From positions 8,173 through 72,172 of the forward strand of contig CAZCRB010000001.1 of NCBI GenBank assembly GCA_964500985.1: a stretch of 64,000 nt of DNA. Direction: 5' to 3'. The notes below the pieces were generated by a model. That model was given only the letters and a program-made list of their open reading frames with translations, searched no databases and was not told the origin of the DNA. How positions within the stretch are numbered: the first letter of the stretch is position 1; each line of letters opens with the position of its first letter. Shown here piece after piece: positions 36,666 to 45,680 of the stretch. The DNA comes from an uncultured Eubacteriales bacterium. GTDB lineage: Bacteria; Actinomycetota; Coriobacteriia; Anaerosomatales; PHET01. The position numbers were made by a program, and so were the translations under genes.

Positions 36666-38027
36666 ATGGGCAGGCCTTCAGCGCCCCGACCGCCGGCGAC
36701 GCCGGACCGCAAGACCGCACACGACCTGATGTCGGTGCTGCCGATGACGGCCGAGGTCAAGGACGGTCACCTGTGGGTCGGCGGTGTCGACACCGTCGAG
36801 CTCGCCGCCGAGGCGGGCACGGCGCTCTACGTCATGGACGAGGCGACGATCCGCCGCCAGCTGCGCGAGTACGTGAAGTGGACGACCTATCACTGGCCCG
36901 ACGTCGACGTGGTCTACGCCGGCAAGGCGTTCATGTCGCTGGCGATGGTCAAGCTCGTGGCCGAGGAAGGCTGCTGTCTCGATGTCTCGAGCGGCGGCGA
37001 GCTCGCGTTCGCCCGGCGCGCCGGTTTCCCGATGGAGCGCATCTACGTCCACGGCAACAACAAGACGCCGGGGGAGCTCGTCGAGTGCCTTGAGGCCGGA
37101 GTCGGCCGCATCGTCGTCGACTCGTTCGAGGAGATGGACCGCCTGAGCGCGCTGGCCACCGAGCGGGGCGTCTCGCAGAAGGTGTTGCTGCGCGTCACGC
37201 CGGGCGTCGAGGCCGACACCCACGACTTCATCATGACCGGCGCCGAGGACTCGAAGTTCGGCTTCGGGCGCAACCAGGGCCTCGCGATGCAGGCGGTCAA
37301 GCGCGCCATCGAGCTGCCCGGCATCGACTTCGACGGCCTGCACATGCACATCGGCAGCCAGATCTTCGCGCTGCACAGCTTCTCCAAGGCCATCGAGGTC
37401 ATCGTCGACTTCATCGCCGAGATCAAGGCCGAGACCGGAGTCGAGGTGCGCATGCTCGATACCGGCGGCGGGCTGGGCATCGCCTACGGCATCCCGGACG
37501 AGCCGTCCACGATCCAGGACTACGGCAAGGTGGTCGTCGACGGGATCAAGGAGGAGTGCGAGAAGCACGGCCTCACCGTGCCCGCGATGGCAGTCGAGCC
37601 GGGCCGCTCGATCGTGGCAAACGCCGGCGTGACGCTCTACACCGTGGGCTCCATCAAGGAGATCCCGAACATCCGCACCTACGTGGCGGTCGACGGCGGC
37701 ATGTCGGACAACATCCGCACCTCGCTCTACGACGCGCACTACGAGGCGCTGCTGGCCAACAAGGCGGACCAGCCGCGCGAGATGGTCGCCACCGTGGCCG
37801 GCAAGCACTGCGAGAGTGGCGACATCGTCGTCAACGACGCGCCGCTGCAGTGTCCCGAGGTCGGCGACGTGCTGTGTGTCTGCGCAACCGGGGCGTACTG
37901 CCAGTCGATGAGCAGCAACTACAACAAGCAGGTGCGCCCCGGTGTCGTCTTCGTGGCCGACGGCTCCTGGCGCTGGGTGGTGCGCCGCGAGACCTACGAC
38001 GACCTCATGAAGTGCGAGGTCGAGTAG
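36666..38027 (+). CDS. lysA: diaminopimelate decarboxylase
   Basis: 453 aa. PLP fold-III decarboxylase motifs (YAGKAF, HIGSQ, DTGGGLG, CESGD). Confidence 0.95.
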   Translation: MGRPSAPRPPATPDRKTAHDLMSVLPMTAEVKDGHLWVGGVDTVELAAEAGTALYVMDEATIRRQLREYVKWTTYHWPDVDVVYAGKAFMSLAMVKLVAEEGCCLDVSSGGELAFARRAGFPMERIYVHGNNKTPGELVECLEAGVGRIVVDSFEEMDRLSALATERGVSQKVLLRVTPGVEADTHDFIMTGAEDSKFGFGRNQGLAMQAVKRAIELPGIDFDGLHMHIGSQIFALHSFSKAIEVIVDFIAEIKAETGVEVRMLDTGGGLGIAYGIPDEPSTIQDYGKVVVDGIKEECEKHGLTVPAMAVEPGRSIVANAGVTLYTVGSIKEIPNIRTYVAVDGGMSDNIRTSLYDAHYEALLANKADQPREMVATVAGKHCESGDIVVNDAPLQCPEVGDVLCVCATGAYCQSMSSNYNKQVRPGVVFVADGSWRWVVRRETYDDLMKCEVE

Positions 38028-38029
38028 GG

Positions 38030-38395
38030 GTGGACGAGTTCGCGATCAAGGGCCGCCTGTGGACCTCGGCCGTGGTCGACGCGCGGCTCAGGGCGGTCTT
38101 CTCGGGAGCCGACGCCAACCGGGCGGCCGTGCTGGTGGCGGGCCTGGTCGGCGAGGACCCCGGCGGCGACCCCGAGCTCTCGGACCTCACGTCGTGCCGC
38201 CTGATGCTGGCGGCGCTCAAGCTCAGTGACGGTGATCTCGGGAAGCTGGCGATGTGGGTCGAGGCCGGGCGTGCGGACCCGCGCGACCTGATCGCGGCGG
38301 CCGAGTACCGTCGCGAGCTGCAGGGGGGCGGGGAGTCGGCGCGGCAGGCCGACCTCGCGGAGTACCTCGGTTGGATGGCCGGCGACCAGCTCTAG
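38030..38395 (+). CDS. hypothetical protein (about 121 aa)
   Basis: GTG lies 2 nt after the lysA stop, in the ORF-track frame 37556..38395. Strong GC3 bias and no recognisable motif. It fills the whole lysA-hom gap. Confidence 0.4.
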   Translation: MDEFAIKGRLWTSAVVDARLRAVFSGADANRAAVLVAGLVGEDPGGDPELSDLTSCRLMLAALKLSDGDLGKLAMWVEAGRADPRDLIAAAEYRRELQGGGESARQADLAEYLGWMAGDQL

Positions 38396-38490
38396 CCGCC
38401 GCCGGCCCTCACCGCCCGCGCGGGGTCGGCTACAATAGGCGCACTTCGTCACTGGTATCGCTCCCGCAGGAGCGCTCGGAGGTAGTAGTC

Positions 38491-39780
38491 ATGCGTACCG
38501 TCCGCGTCGGCCTCATCGGCCTGGGCACCGTCGGCAGCGGTGTCGTCGACATCCTGAACCGTCACCGCGAGGACTTCCGCCGTCGGGCGGGCGTCGACAT
38601 CGAGCTCGCTCGTTTCGCCGATCGCAGCGAGTCCCGTTTCGCCGAGCTCGGTCTGCCGCTCGACGCGTGCACGACAGACGCGTTCGCGCTCATCGACGAC
38701 CCGTCGCTCGACGTGGTCATCGAGCTCATCGGCGGCACGGGTGTGGCGCGCGATGTCGTGCTCACCGCGCTCGGGTCGGGCAAGGCCGTCGTGACCGCGA
38801 ACAAGGCGCTGATGGCGACGTCGGGCGAGGAGGTCATGGAGGCGGCCGAGGCCAACGGGGTCGACATCCGCTTCGAGGCCAGCGTCGGCGGCGGCATCCC
38901 GATCATCGAGCCGCTCAAGCACTCGCTGACGAGCAACGAGATCTCCACGGTCATGGGCATCGTCAACGGCACCACCAACTACATGCTCACGCGCATGGCC
39001 GAGAACGGCCTGGACTACGCGAGCGCTCTGGCCGAGGCCCAGGAGCGCGGCTTCGCCGAGGCGGACCCGACCGCCGATGTCGACGGCTACGACGCCGCCG
39101 CCAAGATCGCGATCCTCGCGTCCATCGCCTTCAACAGCAGGGTCGTGCTGCCGCAGGTCCCCGCGGAGGGCATCCGATCGATCGCTCCCGCCGACATCGC
39201 CTACGCGCGCCAGATCGGCTACACCATCAAGCTGCTCGCCATCGCGCGGCGCACGCCTGAGGGCATCGACATCCGGGTCCACCCGACGATGATCCCGGCC
39301 GCGCACCCGCTCGCGAGCGTCAACGGGGTCTACAACGCCATCTACGTCGTCGGTGACGCCGTGGGCGAGACGATGTTCTTCGGCGAGGGCGCCGGCTCGC
39401 TGCCGGCCGCCTCCGCCGTCGTCGGTGACCTCGTCGAGGTCGCGCGCAACATCCAGACGGACTGCGCTCCGGTCGTCGGTTGCACCTGCACCGAGCACCA
39501 CGCGGTCCGCGACATCTCCGACCTGCAGACCCGCTACTACATCCGCCTTCTCGTGGCCGACAAGCCCGGCGTCCTCGCCGCCACCGCCAAGGTCTTTGGC
39601 GACCACGGCGTGTCGCTCGCGAGTGTGATCCAGCGTCCGGCTCAGGAGGGTGTCACCGCCGAGCTCGTCTACGTGACGCACACCGCGCTTGAGGCCGACG
39701 TGCGCACCGCTCTCGACGAGATCGGCGAGAACGAGTCGGTTCTCGAGATCGCCGCCGTCATCCGCGTCGAGGACCTGTAG
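38491..39780 (+). CDS. hom: homoserine dehydrogenase
   Basis: Trimmed to the ATG at 38491 after GGAGG. VGLIGLGTVGSGV NAD motif, a catalytic domain and a C-terminal ACT domain. Confidence 0.95.
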   Translation: MRTVRVGLIGLGTVGSGVVDILNRHREDFRRRAGVDIELARFADRSESRFAELGLPLDACTTDAFALIDDPSLDVVIELIGGTGVARDVVLTALGSGKAVVTANKALMATSGEEVMEAAEANGVDIRFEASVGGGIPIIEPLKHSLTSNEISTVMGIVNGTTNYMLTRMAENGLDYASALAEAQERGFAEADPTADVDGYDAAAKIAILASIAFNSRVVLPQVPAEGIRSIAPADIAYARQIGYTIKLLAIARRTPEGIDIRVHPTMIPAAHPLASVNGVYNAIYVVGDAVGETMFFGEGAGSLPAASAVVGDLVEVARNIQTDCAPVVGCTCTEHHAVRDISDLQTRYYIRLLVADKPGVLAATAKVFGDHGVSLASVIQRPAQEGVTAELVYVTHTALEADVRTALDEIGENESVLEIAAVIRVEDL

Positions 39781-39784
39781 AGCC

Positions 39785-40702
39785 GTGGGCGCCGCCGTCC
39801 TCGTCCCGGCCACGTCGGCCAACCTCGGTCCCGGGTTCGACAGCTTCGGACTCGCGTTGGACCTGCGCAACCGCTTCGAGGCCGAGCTCGCGCCGGACTG
39901 GGCCGTGCAGGTCGAGGGCGAGGGTGCTGGCGTGCTCGCGACCGACGCCACCAACGTCGTCGCGCTGTCGATGGCGCGGGCCTTCGCCGAGGCGGACCGG
40001 CCCGAGCTGTGTGCGCACATCCGCTGCCTGAACCGCATCCCCACCGGCTCGGGGCTCGGCTCGTCGAGCGCCGCGATCGTCGGCGGACTGCTCTTGGGCG
40101 AGGCGCTGGCCGGTGCCGACTTCGGCGACCAGCGACGCCTCGAGATCGCGGCCGAGATCGAGGGCCATCCCGACAACGTCGCCGCCGCGCTCTTTGGCGG
40201 CTTCACCGTCTGCTGGACCGACGAGGGCCGCGCGCGGTTCGCGCGGTTCGAGCCCGCCCGCGGGCTGGCGGCCGTGGCCGTGCCGGCACTCACCGAGCTG
40301 TCGACGAGGACCGCCCGCGCCATGCTCCCCGACGAGGTCTCGCACGCCGACGCCTCGTTCAACGTCGCGCACGCCGGGCTGCTTGCCGCGTCGATAGCGG
40401 CCGGTCGTCCCGAGCTGTTCGGCGACGCCTTCGCGGATCGCCTGCACGAGCCGTATCGCGCCAAGGCCGTCGGTGACCTGCAGCAGGTCGCCGCCATCCT
40501 GCGTGACGCCGGGGCGGCGGGTGTCGCGCTCTCCGGAGCGGGCCCGACCGTCATCGGCATCGTCGCCGGCGACACCGATCGCGCGGCGCACGATCTGGCC
40601 GAGGAGATCGCGGGCCGGGCCGCGTCGCGTATCCGGGCCCTCGGGACCCGCCGCTCGCCTGAGGCGCTCGCGATCGACCGTTGGGGCGCACGGCTGCTCT
40701 AG
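39785..40702 (+). CDS. thrB: homoserine kinase
   Basis: GTG at 39785. GHMP kinase motifs (PATSANLGPGFD and PTGSGLGSSSAA). Confidence 0.9.
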   Translation: MGAAVLVPATSANLGPGFDSFGLALDLRNRFEAELAPDWAVQVEGEGAGVLATDATNVVALSMARAFAEADRPELCAHIRCLNRIPTGSGLGSSSAAIVGGLLLGEALAGADFGDQRRLEIAAEIEGHPDNVAAALFGGFTVCWTDEGRARFARFEPARGLAAVAVPALTELSTRTARAMLPDEVSHADASFNVAHAGLLAASIAAGRPELFGDAFADRLHEPYRAKAVGDLQQVAAILRDAGAAGVALSGAGPTVIGIVAGDTDRAAHDLAEEIAGRAASRIRALGTRRSPEALAIDRWGARLL

Positions 40703-40843
40703 CCCGTGCTGGCCTGCGGCGCTGTTTCGCGCGGCGCACCCGTTTGGTGGCGCCGATCGTGTTGACCCGCCCTTGCTCGTGGGGAAGAATCTGGGTACCG
40801 CTCCGTCCGCCGCTCGGCGTGACGCGTCTCACCCGGAGGTAAC

Positions 40844-41881
40844 ATGCCCGATCAGGGATTCCCGTCGCAGCCGCCTGTCGCTCCCGTCCCGCCCGCCGCC
40901 GCGGAGCCGTCGGTTCCCCCCGCGTCGCCGCAGGACGACGGTGCCCGGCCCGAGCCTCCGCGCCGGTCGCGTGCGTGGATCTGGTGGACGCTCGGCGCGG
41001 TGCTCGTCATCGCGGGGCTCGTGACCAGCTGCGCGTTCAGCATCGCCAGCCTCGGTGGCAGTTCCGATGCGCTCGGCGCCGGCATATCCGGTGACGCGGT
41101 CGCGGTGATCTACATCGACGGCGTGATCGCCGGCACCGGCGACCCCTACGGCGGGTACGTGACGCCGGAGTACTTCCAAGACCAGCTCCAGCAGGCGATC
41201 GACGACGAGTCGGTCAAGGCGATCGTGCTGCGGGTCGACTCTCCCGGCGGCACGGTGGCCGCCAGCGAGGAGATCGCGAGCTATGTCAAGGACTGCGACA
41301 AGCCCGTCGTGGTCTCGTCCGGAGACGTCAACGCGTCGGGCGCCTACATGGTCTCCTCTCAGGCGGACCAGATCTGGGCGCTTCCCGGCACGGCCGTGGG
41401 CAGCATCGGTGTCATCTCCGAGATCCCCAACGTCTCCGGGCTCCTCGACAAGGTGGGTGTCGAGTTCCAGGTGATCACCGCCGGCAAGTACAAGGACGCC
41501 GGCTCGCCCTATCGCCCGCTGACCGAGGAGGAGCGCGCGCTCATCCAAGGCGAGGTCGACAACTCCTACGAGCAGTTCATCGACATCGTGGCCGAGGGCC
41601 GCGACATGCCCCGCTCCGAGGTCGAGAGCCTGGCCACCGGGTGGGCATGGGACGGTGACACCGCCAAGGGGCTCGGGCTCGTGGACAAGCTGGGCACGAT
41701 GCAGGAGGCACTCGACGCGGCGGCGCGTGCCGGCGGCATCAAGGGCGACTACGACACGATCACCTACGAGGAGGACCTGGGGCCGCTGCTCTCGAGCCTC
41801 GTGGGCCTGACCGACCGGCTCGACACGATCGGCGCGCTCATGCAGCGCGAGGACGCAGCGCGCAGCACGTTGCCACACTAG
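40844..41881 (+). CDS. sppA: signal peptide peptidase SppA (S49 family, 36K type)
   Basis: Pro-rich N-terminus, a TM helix, then RVDSPGGTVAAS and ASGAYMVS motifs of ClpP/S49-fold peptidases. Confidence 0.85.
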   Translation: MPDQGFPSQPPVAPVPPAAAEPSVPPASPQDDGARPEPPRRSRAWIWWTLGAVLVIAGLVTSCAFSIASLGGSSDALGAGISGDAVAVIYIDGVIAGTGDPYGGYVTPEYFQDQLQQAIDDESVKAIVLRVDSPGGTVAASEEIASYVKDCDKPVVVSSGDVNASGAYMVSSQADQIWALPGTAVGSIGVISEIPNVSGLLDKVGVEFQVITAGKYKDAGSPYRPLTEEERALIQGEVDNSYEQFIDIVAEGRDMPRSEVESLATGWAWDGDTAKGLGLVDKLGTMQEALDAAARAGGIKGDYDTITYEEDLGPLLSSLVGLTDRLDTIGALMQREDAARSTLPH

Positions 41882-41906
41882 CGAGTCCCCGACCGGGGGA
41901 GGGGCG

Positions 41907-42710
41907 ATGGAAGACAAGGTCGTCATCGCACACATATCGGACCTGCACTGCGGGTCGCGCTACCACATCCCGTCGCTCGCCAAGCGCGTGATCGACGAGC
42001 TCAACGAGATCGGGCCGGACATGGTGGTGGTCTCCGGCGATCTGACCGACATGGGCTTCAGGCAGGAGTTCAAGGCAGCCAAACGGCTCATCGACGGCCT
42101 CGAGTGCGAGAGCCGCATGGTGTTGCTCGGCAACCACGACGCGCGCAACGTGGGGGACGAGCACTTCACCGAGCTGTTCGGCGCGCGCAGCCAGGAGATG
42201 CAGGTCGGCGCGGTACGCGTGCTCGGGCTGGACTCGAGCGAGCCCGACCTGGACTCCGGGCGCATCGGGCGCGAACGCTACCGGTGGATCCAGGAGCGCT
42301 TCAACGACTGCGGCGAGGACTTCCGCGTCGTCACGATGCACCACCACCTCGTCCCCGTGCCCGGCACGGGGCGGGAACGCAACATCGTCTTCGACGCCGG
42401 CGACCTGCTGCGCGTGCTGGCCGACACCGGCGTCGATCTCGTGCTGTGCGGGCACAAGCACGTCCCCAACGTCTGGCGCCTCGAGGACATGCTCATCGTG
42501 AACGCGGGGACCTGCTGCACGCACCGCCTGCGCGGCAAGGTGCGCCCCTGCTACAACGTCATCGAGATCTCCGAGGGCTCGCGTGTCCGGGTGATGCTCA
42601 AGGAGCCCTACGTCGATGCGCACGTCGTCGCCGACTACCGCGACATCAACCAGCCGGTCTGCAACTGGCGCCACGCCGCGTCGTTTGCCGAGCACGATGA
42701 TGAGGAGTAG
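41907..42710 (+). CDS. metallophosphoesterase (calcineurin-like)
   Basis: All MPE motifs are present: ISDLHCG, SGDLTD, GNHD, MHHH, GHKH. 267 aa. Confidence 0.85.
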   Translation: MEDKVVIAHISDLHCGSRYHIPSLAKRVIDELNEIGPDMVVVSGDLTDMGFRQEFKAAKRLIDGLECESRMVLLGNHDARNVGDEHFTELFGARSQEMQVGAVRVLGLDSSEPDLDSGRIGRERYRWIQERFNDCGEDFRVVTMHHHLVPVPGTGRERNIVFDAGDLLRVLADTGVDLVLCGHKHVPNVWRLEDMLIVNAGTCCTHRLRGKVRPCYNVIEISEGSRVRVMLKEPYVDAHVVADYRDINQPVCNWRHAASFAEHDDEE

Positions 42711-42713
42711 GCG

Positions 42714-44063
42714 ATGAGCCGCGTGGTTGCCCTTGTCGATGGCGAGCACTACCCGCCGGTCGTCCGCTTCGCGCTCAGCGCGCTCGGCGCCGAGCACGAT
42801 GTGGCGGCCGCCTGCTTCATCGGCGGCACCGAGAAGGTCGACCTCGAGCACGGCATGGCCGCCTATGGCGTCCCGATCGTGACGGGCGAGACGCCGGAGG
42901 CGGCGGTGCGCTGCGCGATAGAGCGCTTCGAGCCCGACGCGCTCGTGGACCTCTCCGACGAGCCGGTGCTCTCGAGCGCGGACCGCTTCAGCCTTGCGTC
43001 GATCGCGCTCGGGTGCGGCGTCGACTACCGTGGCGCGGACTTCTCGTTCACGGCACCGCGCGCTCGCGTCGTGGTGTGCACGCCGACGCTCGGCATCATC
43101 GGTACGGGCAAGCGGGTCGGCAAGACGGCCGTGTCCGCCTACGTGGCGCGACGACTCAAGGCGGCGGGGCGTGATGTCGTCGTGCTCGCCATGGGGCGGG
43201 GCGGCCCGAGCGAGCCGGAGCTGATCCACGGCGAACAGGTCGAGCTGACGACGCCGGATCTGCTGGCGCTGGCACGCGAGGGGAAGCACGCCTCGAGCGA
43301 CAACTACGAGGACGCGGTCATGAGCCGCGTGACGACCGTCGGCTGTCGCCGCTGCGGAGGCGGCATGGCCGGCGAGACGTACTTCAGCAACGTGCCCGAC
43401 GGCGCGCGTCTCGCCGACTCGCTGTGCAAGGAGATCATGGTGCTCGAGGGCTCCGGCGCCGCCATTCCGCCGGTGCATGCCGACGCCTCCATCCTCGTGG
43501 CCTCCGCGGCGCGTGGGGCGGGCTACATCACGGACTTCTTCGGCCCGTACCGCGTCGGCCGCGCCGATCTGGCGATCATCGCGTCGGCCGAGGAGCCGCT
43601 CGCGTCCGCAGAGCAGATCGAAGAGGTGCGCGCGGCGTTCGCCCAGCTGGCGCCCGACCTTCCCGTGGTCGCCACCACGCTGCGTCCGGCGCCGATCCTG
43701 CCGGTCGAGGGCCATCGCGTGCTCTTCGCGACGACCGCACCGCCGGCGATCGCGCCGCGGCTGGCGGACTATCTCGAGAGCGAGTTCGGCTGCGAGGTCG
43801 TCGCGGTCAGCACCTCGCTGTCCAATCGCAAGCGGCTGCGCGCGGACCTGCAGCGACACGCGGGCGCGTTCGACATGCTCGTCACCGAGCTCAAGGCCGC
43901 AGCCATCGACGTGGTCGCTGCCGCCGGCGAGGAGGTCGGCGTGCCCACGGTGCTGTGCGACAACGTGCCGGTGGCGGTCGACGGTCACGACCTCGGGCAT
44001 CTCGTGGACCGTGCGGCGGCGCTCGCGCTCGAGCGCGGCACCGCGCGGACGAAGGGGCGCTGA
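42714..44063 (+). CDS. cpgS: candidate cyclic 2,3-diphosphoglycerate synthetase (COG2403-like)
   Basis: 449 aa. The N-terminus VALVDGEHYPPV...FIGGTEK and the P-loop-like GTGKRVGKTAVS match my recollection of the archaeal cDPG synthetase family. Starts 3 nt after the MPE gene. Assignment from memory; no search was run. Confidence 0.65.
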   Translation: MSRVVALVDGEHYPPVVRFALSALGAEHDVAAACFIGGTEKVDLEHGMAAYGVPIVTGETPEAAVRCAIERFEPDALVDLSDEPVLSSADRFSLASIALGCGVDYRGADFSFTAPRARVVVCTPTLGIIGTGKRVGKTAVSAYVARRLKAAGRDVVVLAMGRGGPSEPELIHGEQVELTTPDLLALAREGKHASSDNYEDAVMSRVTTVGCRRCGGGMAGETYFSNVPDGARLADSLCKEIMVLEGSGAAIPPVHADASILVASAARGAGYITDFFGPYRVGRADLAIIASAEEPLASAEQIEEVRAAFAQLAPDLPVVATTLRPAPILPVEGHRVLFATTAPPAIAPRLADYLESEFGCEVVAVSTSLSNRKRLRADLQRHAGAFDMLVTELKAAAIDVVAAAGEEVGVPTVLCDNVPVAVDGHDLGHLVDRAAALALERGTARTKGR

Positions 44064-44065
44064 GC

Positions 44066-44971
44066 ATGCCCGATTCGCAGCCGCAGATCACCATCTCGGA
44101 CAAGGCGCACGGCCTGCCGTTCTCCAAAGGGCTTCTCGCGCAGTCGCTCACCGCGACCGGACTCGCCCCGAGCAAGGCGTACGAGATAGCTCAGGCGATC
44201 CAGACCGACCTGCGCGACCGCGCCGAGCTCGACATCAGCAGCGACCGGCTGCGGCAGCTGGCGGCCGAGTACCTCTCGAATCTGGCCGACGAGTCTTACG
44301 CTCGCCGCTACCTGCGGCTTCGCGACGTCTCGCGGCTCGACCGCCCGCTGATCGTGCTCATCGGCGGCACGACCGGCGTCGGCAAGTCGACCGTGGCCAC
44401 CGAGGTCGCCCACCGCCTGGGTATCACGAGGATTTCCTCGACGGATTCCGTCCGGGAGGTCATGCGTGGTATATTCAGTCGTGACCTCATGCCCGCGATC
44501 TACGAGAGCGCGTTCTCGGCGTGGCGGGGTCTGCGAGTCCCGGTGCCGCAGGGCGCCAATCCCGTGATCGTCGGCTTCCGCGAGCAGACCGCTGTCGTGA
44601 ACACCGGCGTCAAAGCCCTCATCGACCGCGCGGTACTCGAAGGCGTGTCGCTGGTGATCGAGGGCGTGCACCTCGTGCCGGGGTATCTCGATCCGCTCCA
44701 GTTCAAGAACGCGCGGGTCGTGCAGCTTGTCATAGGTGTGGATGACGAGCGGTCTCATCTGAGCCACTTCTACATCCGCGACATCCAGACGGAGGGGACG
44801 CGCCCGCTGGATCGGTACCGGTCGAACTTCGGGGACATCCGACTGCTTGGCCACTACATCGAGGACCTTGCCCGGGAACGCGGCATCCCGGTGATCTACA
44901 GCCACCAGCTCGACCGCACCGTCGCTGACGTGCTCGAGCACGTGGTGGCCGCCGCAATCGAAGAGGAATGA
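44066..44971 (+). CDS. pgk2: candidate 2-phosphoglycerate kinase (COG2074-like)
   Basis: Trimmed to the ATG at 44066, 2 nt after the upstream stop. Has an ATP-cone-like N-terminus (GLPFSKGLLAQSL...AYEIAQAI), Walker A (GGTTGVGKST), then SSTDSVREVMR. 301 aa, the size of archaeal 2PGK. Confidence 0.7.
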   Translation: MPDSQPQITISDKAHGLPFSKGLLAQSLTATGLAPSKAYEIAQAIQTDLRDRAELDISSDRLRQLAAEYLSNLADESYARRYLRLRDVSRLDRPLIVLIGGTTGVGKSTVATEVAHRLGITRISSTDSVREVMRGIFSRDLMPAIYESAFSAWRGLRVPVPQGANPVIVGFREQTAVVNTGVKALIDRAVLEGVSLVIEGVHLVPGYLDPLQFKNARVVQLVIGVDDERSHLSHFYIRDIQTEGTRPLDRYRSNFGDIRLLGHYIEDLARERGIPVIYSHQLDRTVADVLEHVVAAAIEEE

Positions 44972-45017
44972 GAGCCGGCACAAGGCCCGGCTTGAGGAAC
45001 CGAGAGGACAGCGCAAC

Positions 45018-45680
45018 GTGAAGTTCTTCCTGGACACGGCGAACATCGCCGAAATCGAGGAGGCCGCCAGCTGGGGCGTGCTCGCCGGCGTGACGACCAA
45101 CCCCACGCTCTACGCACGCGAAGGCGGCAAGCTCGCCGACTTCCACAACCACCTCAAGCGGATCTGCGAGATCTGCGAGGGCCCCGTCAGCGGCGAGACC
45201 GTCGGACTGCACCGCGACGAGATCATCCGTGAGGGCGAGGAGCTGGCCGAGCTGGCCCCCAACCTCATCGTGAAGGTCCCCACGATGCCCGAGGGCCTCG
45301 CGGCCACCAAGGCGCTGCACGCCAAGGGCATCAAGGTGAACATGACCCTGTGCTTCACCGTGCCTCAGGCCATGCTGGCCGCCCGCTCGGGCGCCTCGTA
45401 CATCTCGCCGTTCGTGGGTCGTTTCGACGACATCTCCGAGGACGGCATCGCCCAGCTCAACGACGTCGTCGTCGCGCTGAACAACTACGACTTCGGCCAC
45501 GACGTCGAGGTCATCGCGGCCTCGATCCGCTCGGCGAACCACGTGACGCAGGCCGCGCTCATGGGCGCCGACATCGCGACGGTCCCGTTCGCCGTACTCA
45601 AGAACCTCGTGAAGCACCCGCTGACCGACCGCGGTCTCGAGTCCTTCCTTGCTGACTGGGAAAAGGTGAAGAACGCATGA
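45018..45680 (+). CDS. tal: transaldolase / fructose-6-phosphate aldolase family (short type)
   Basis: MKFFLDTANIAEI, GVTTNPTL, the Schiff-base Lys region IVKVP and ISPFVGR motifs. 220 aa. Confidence 0.9.
   Translation: MKFFLDTANIAEIEEAASWGVLAGVTTNPTLYAREGGKLADFHNHLKRICEICEGPVSGETVGLHRDEIIREGEELAELAPNLIVKVPTMPEGLAATKALHAKGIKVNMTLCFTVPQAMLAARSGASYISPFVGRFDDISEDGIAQLNDVVVALNNYDFGHDVEVIAASIRSANHVTQAALMGADIATVPFAVLKNLVKHPLTDRGLESFLADWEKVKNA

Noticed and set aside
40703-45017. The inserted block between thrB and rho as a genomic island or mobile element.
   Set aside because: I saw no transposase, integrase, flanking direct repeats or change in GC or codon style. It is treated as an ancient insertion or rearrangement, not as a mobile element.
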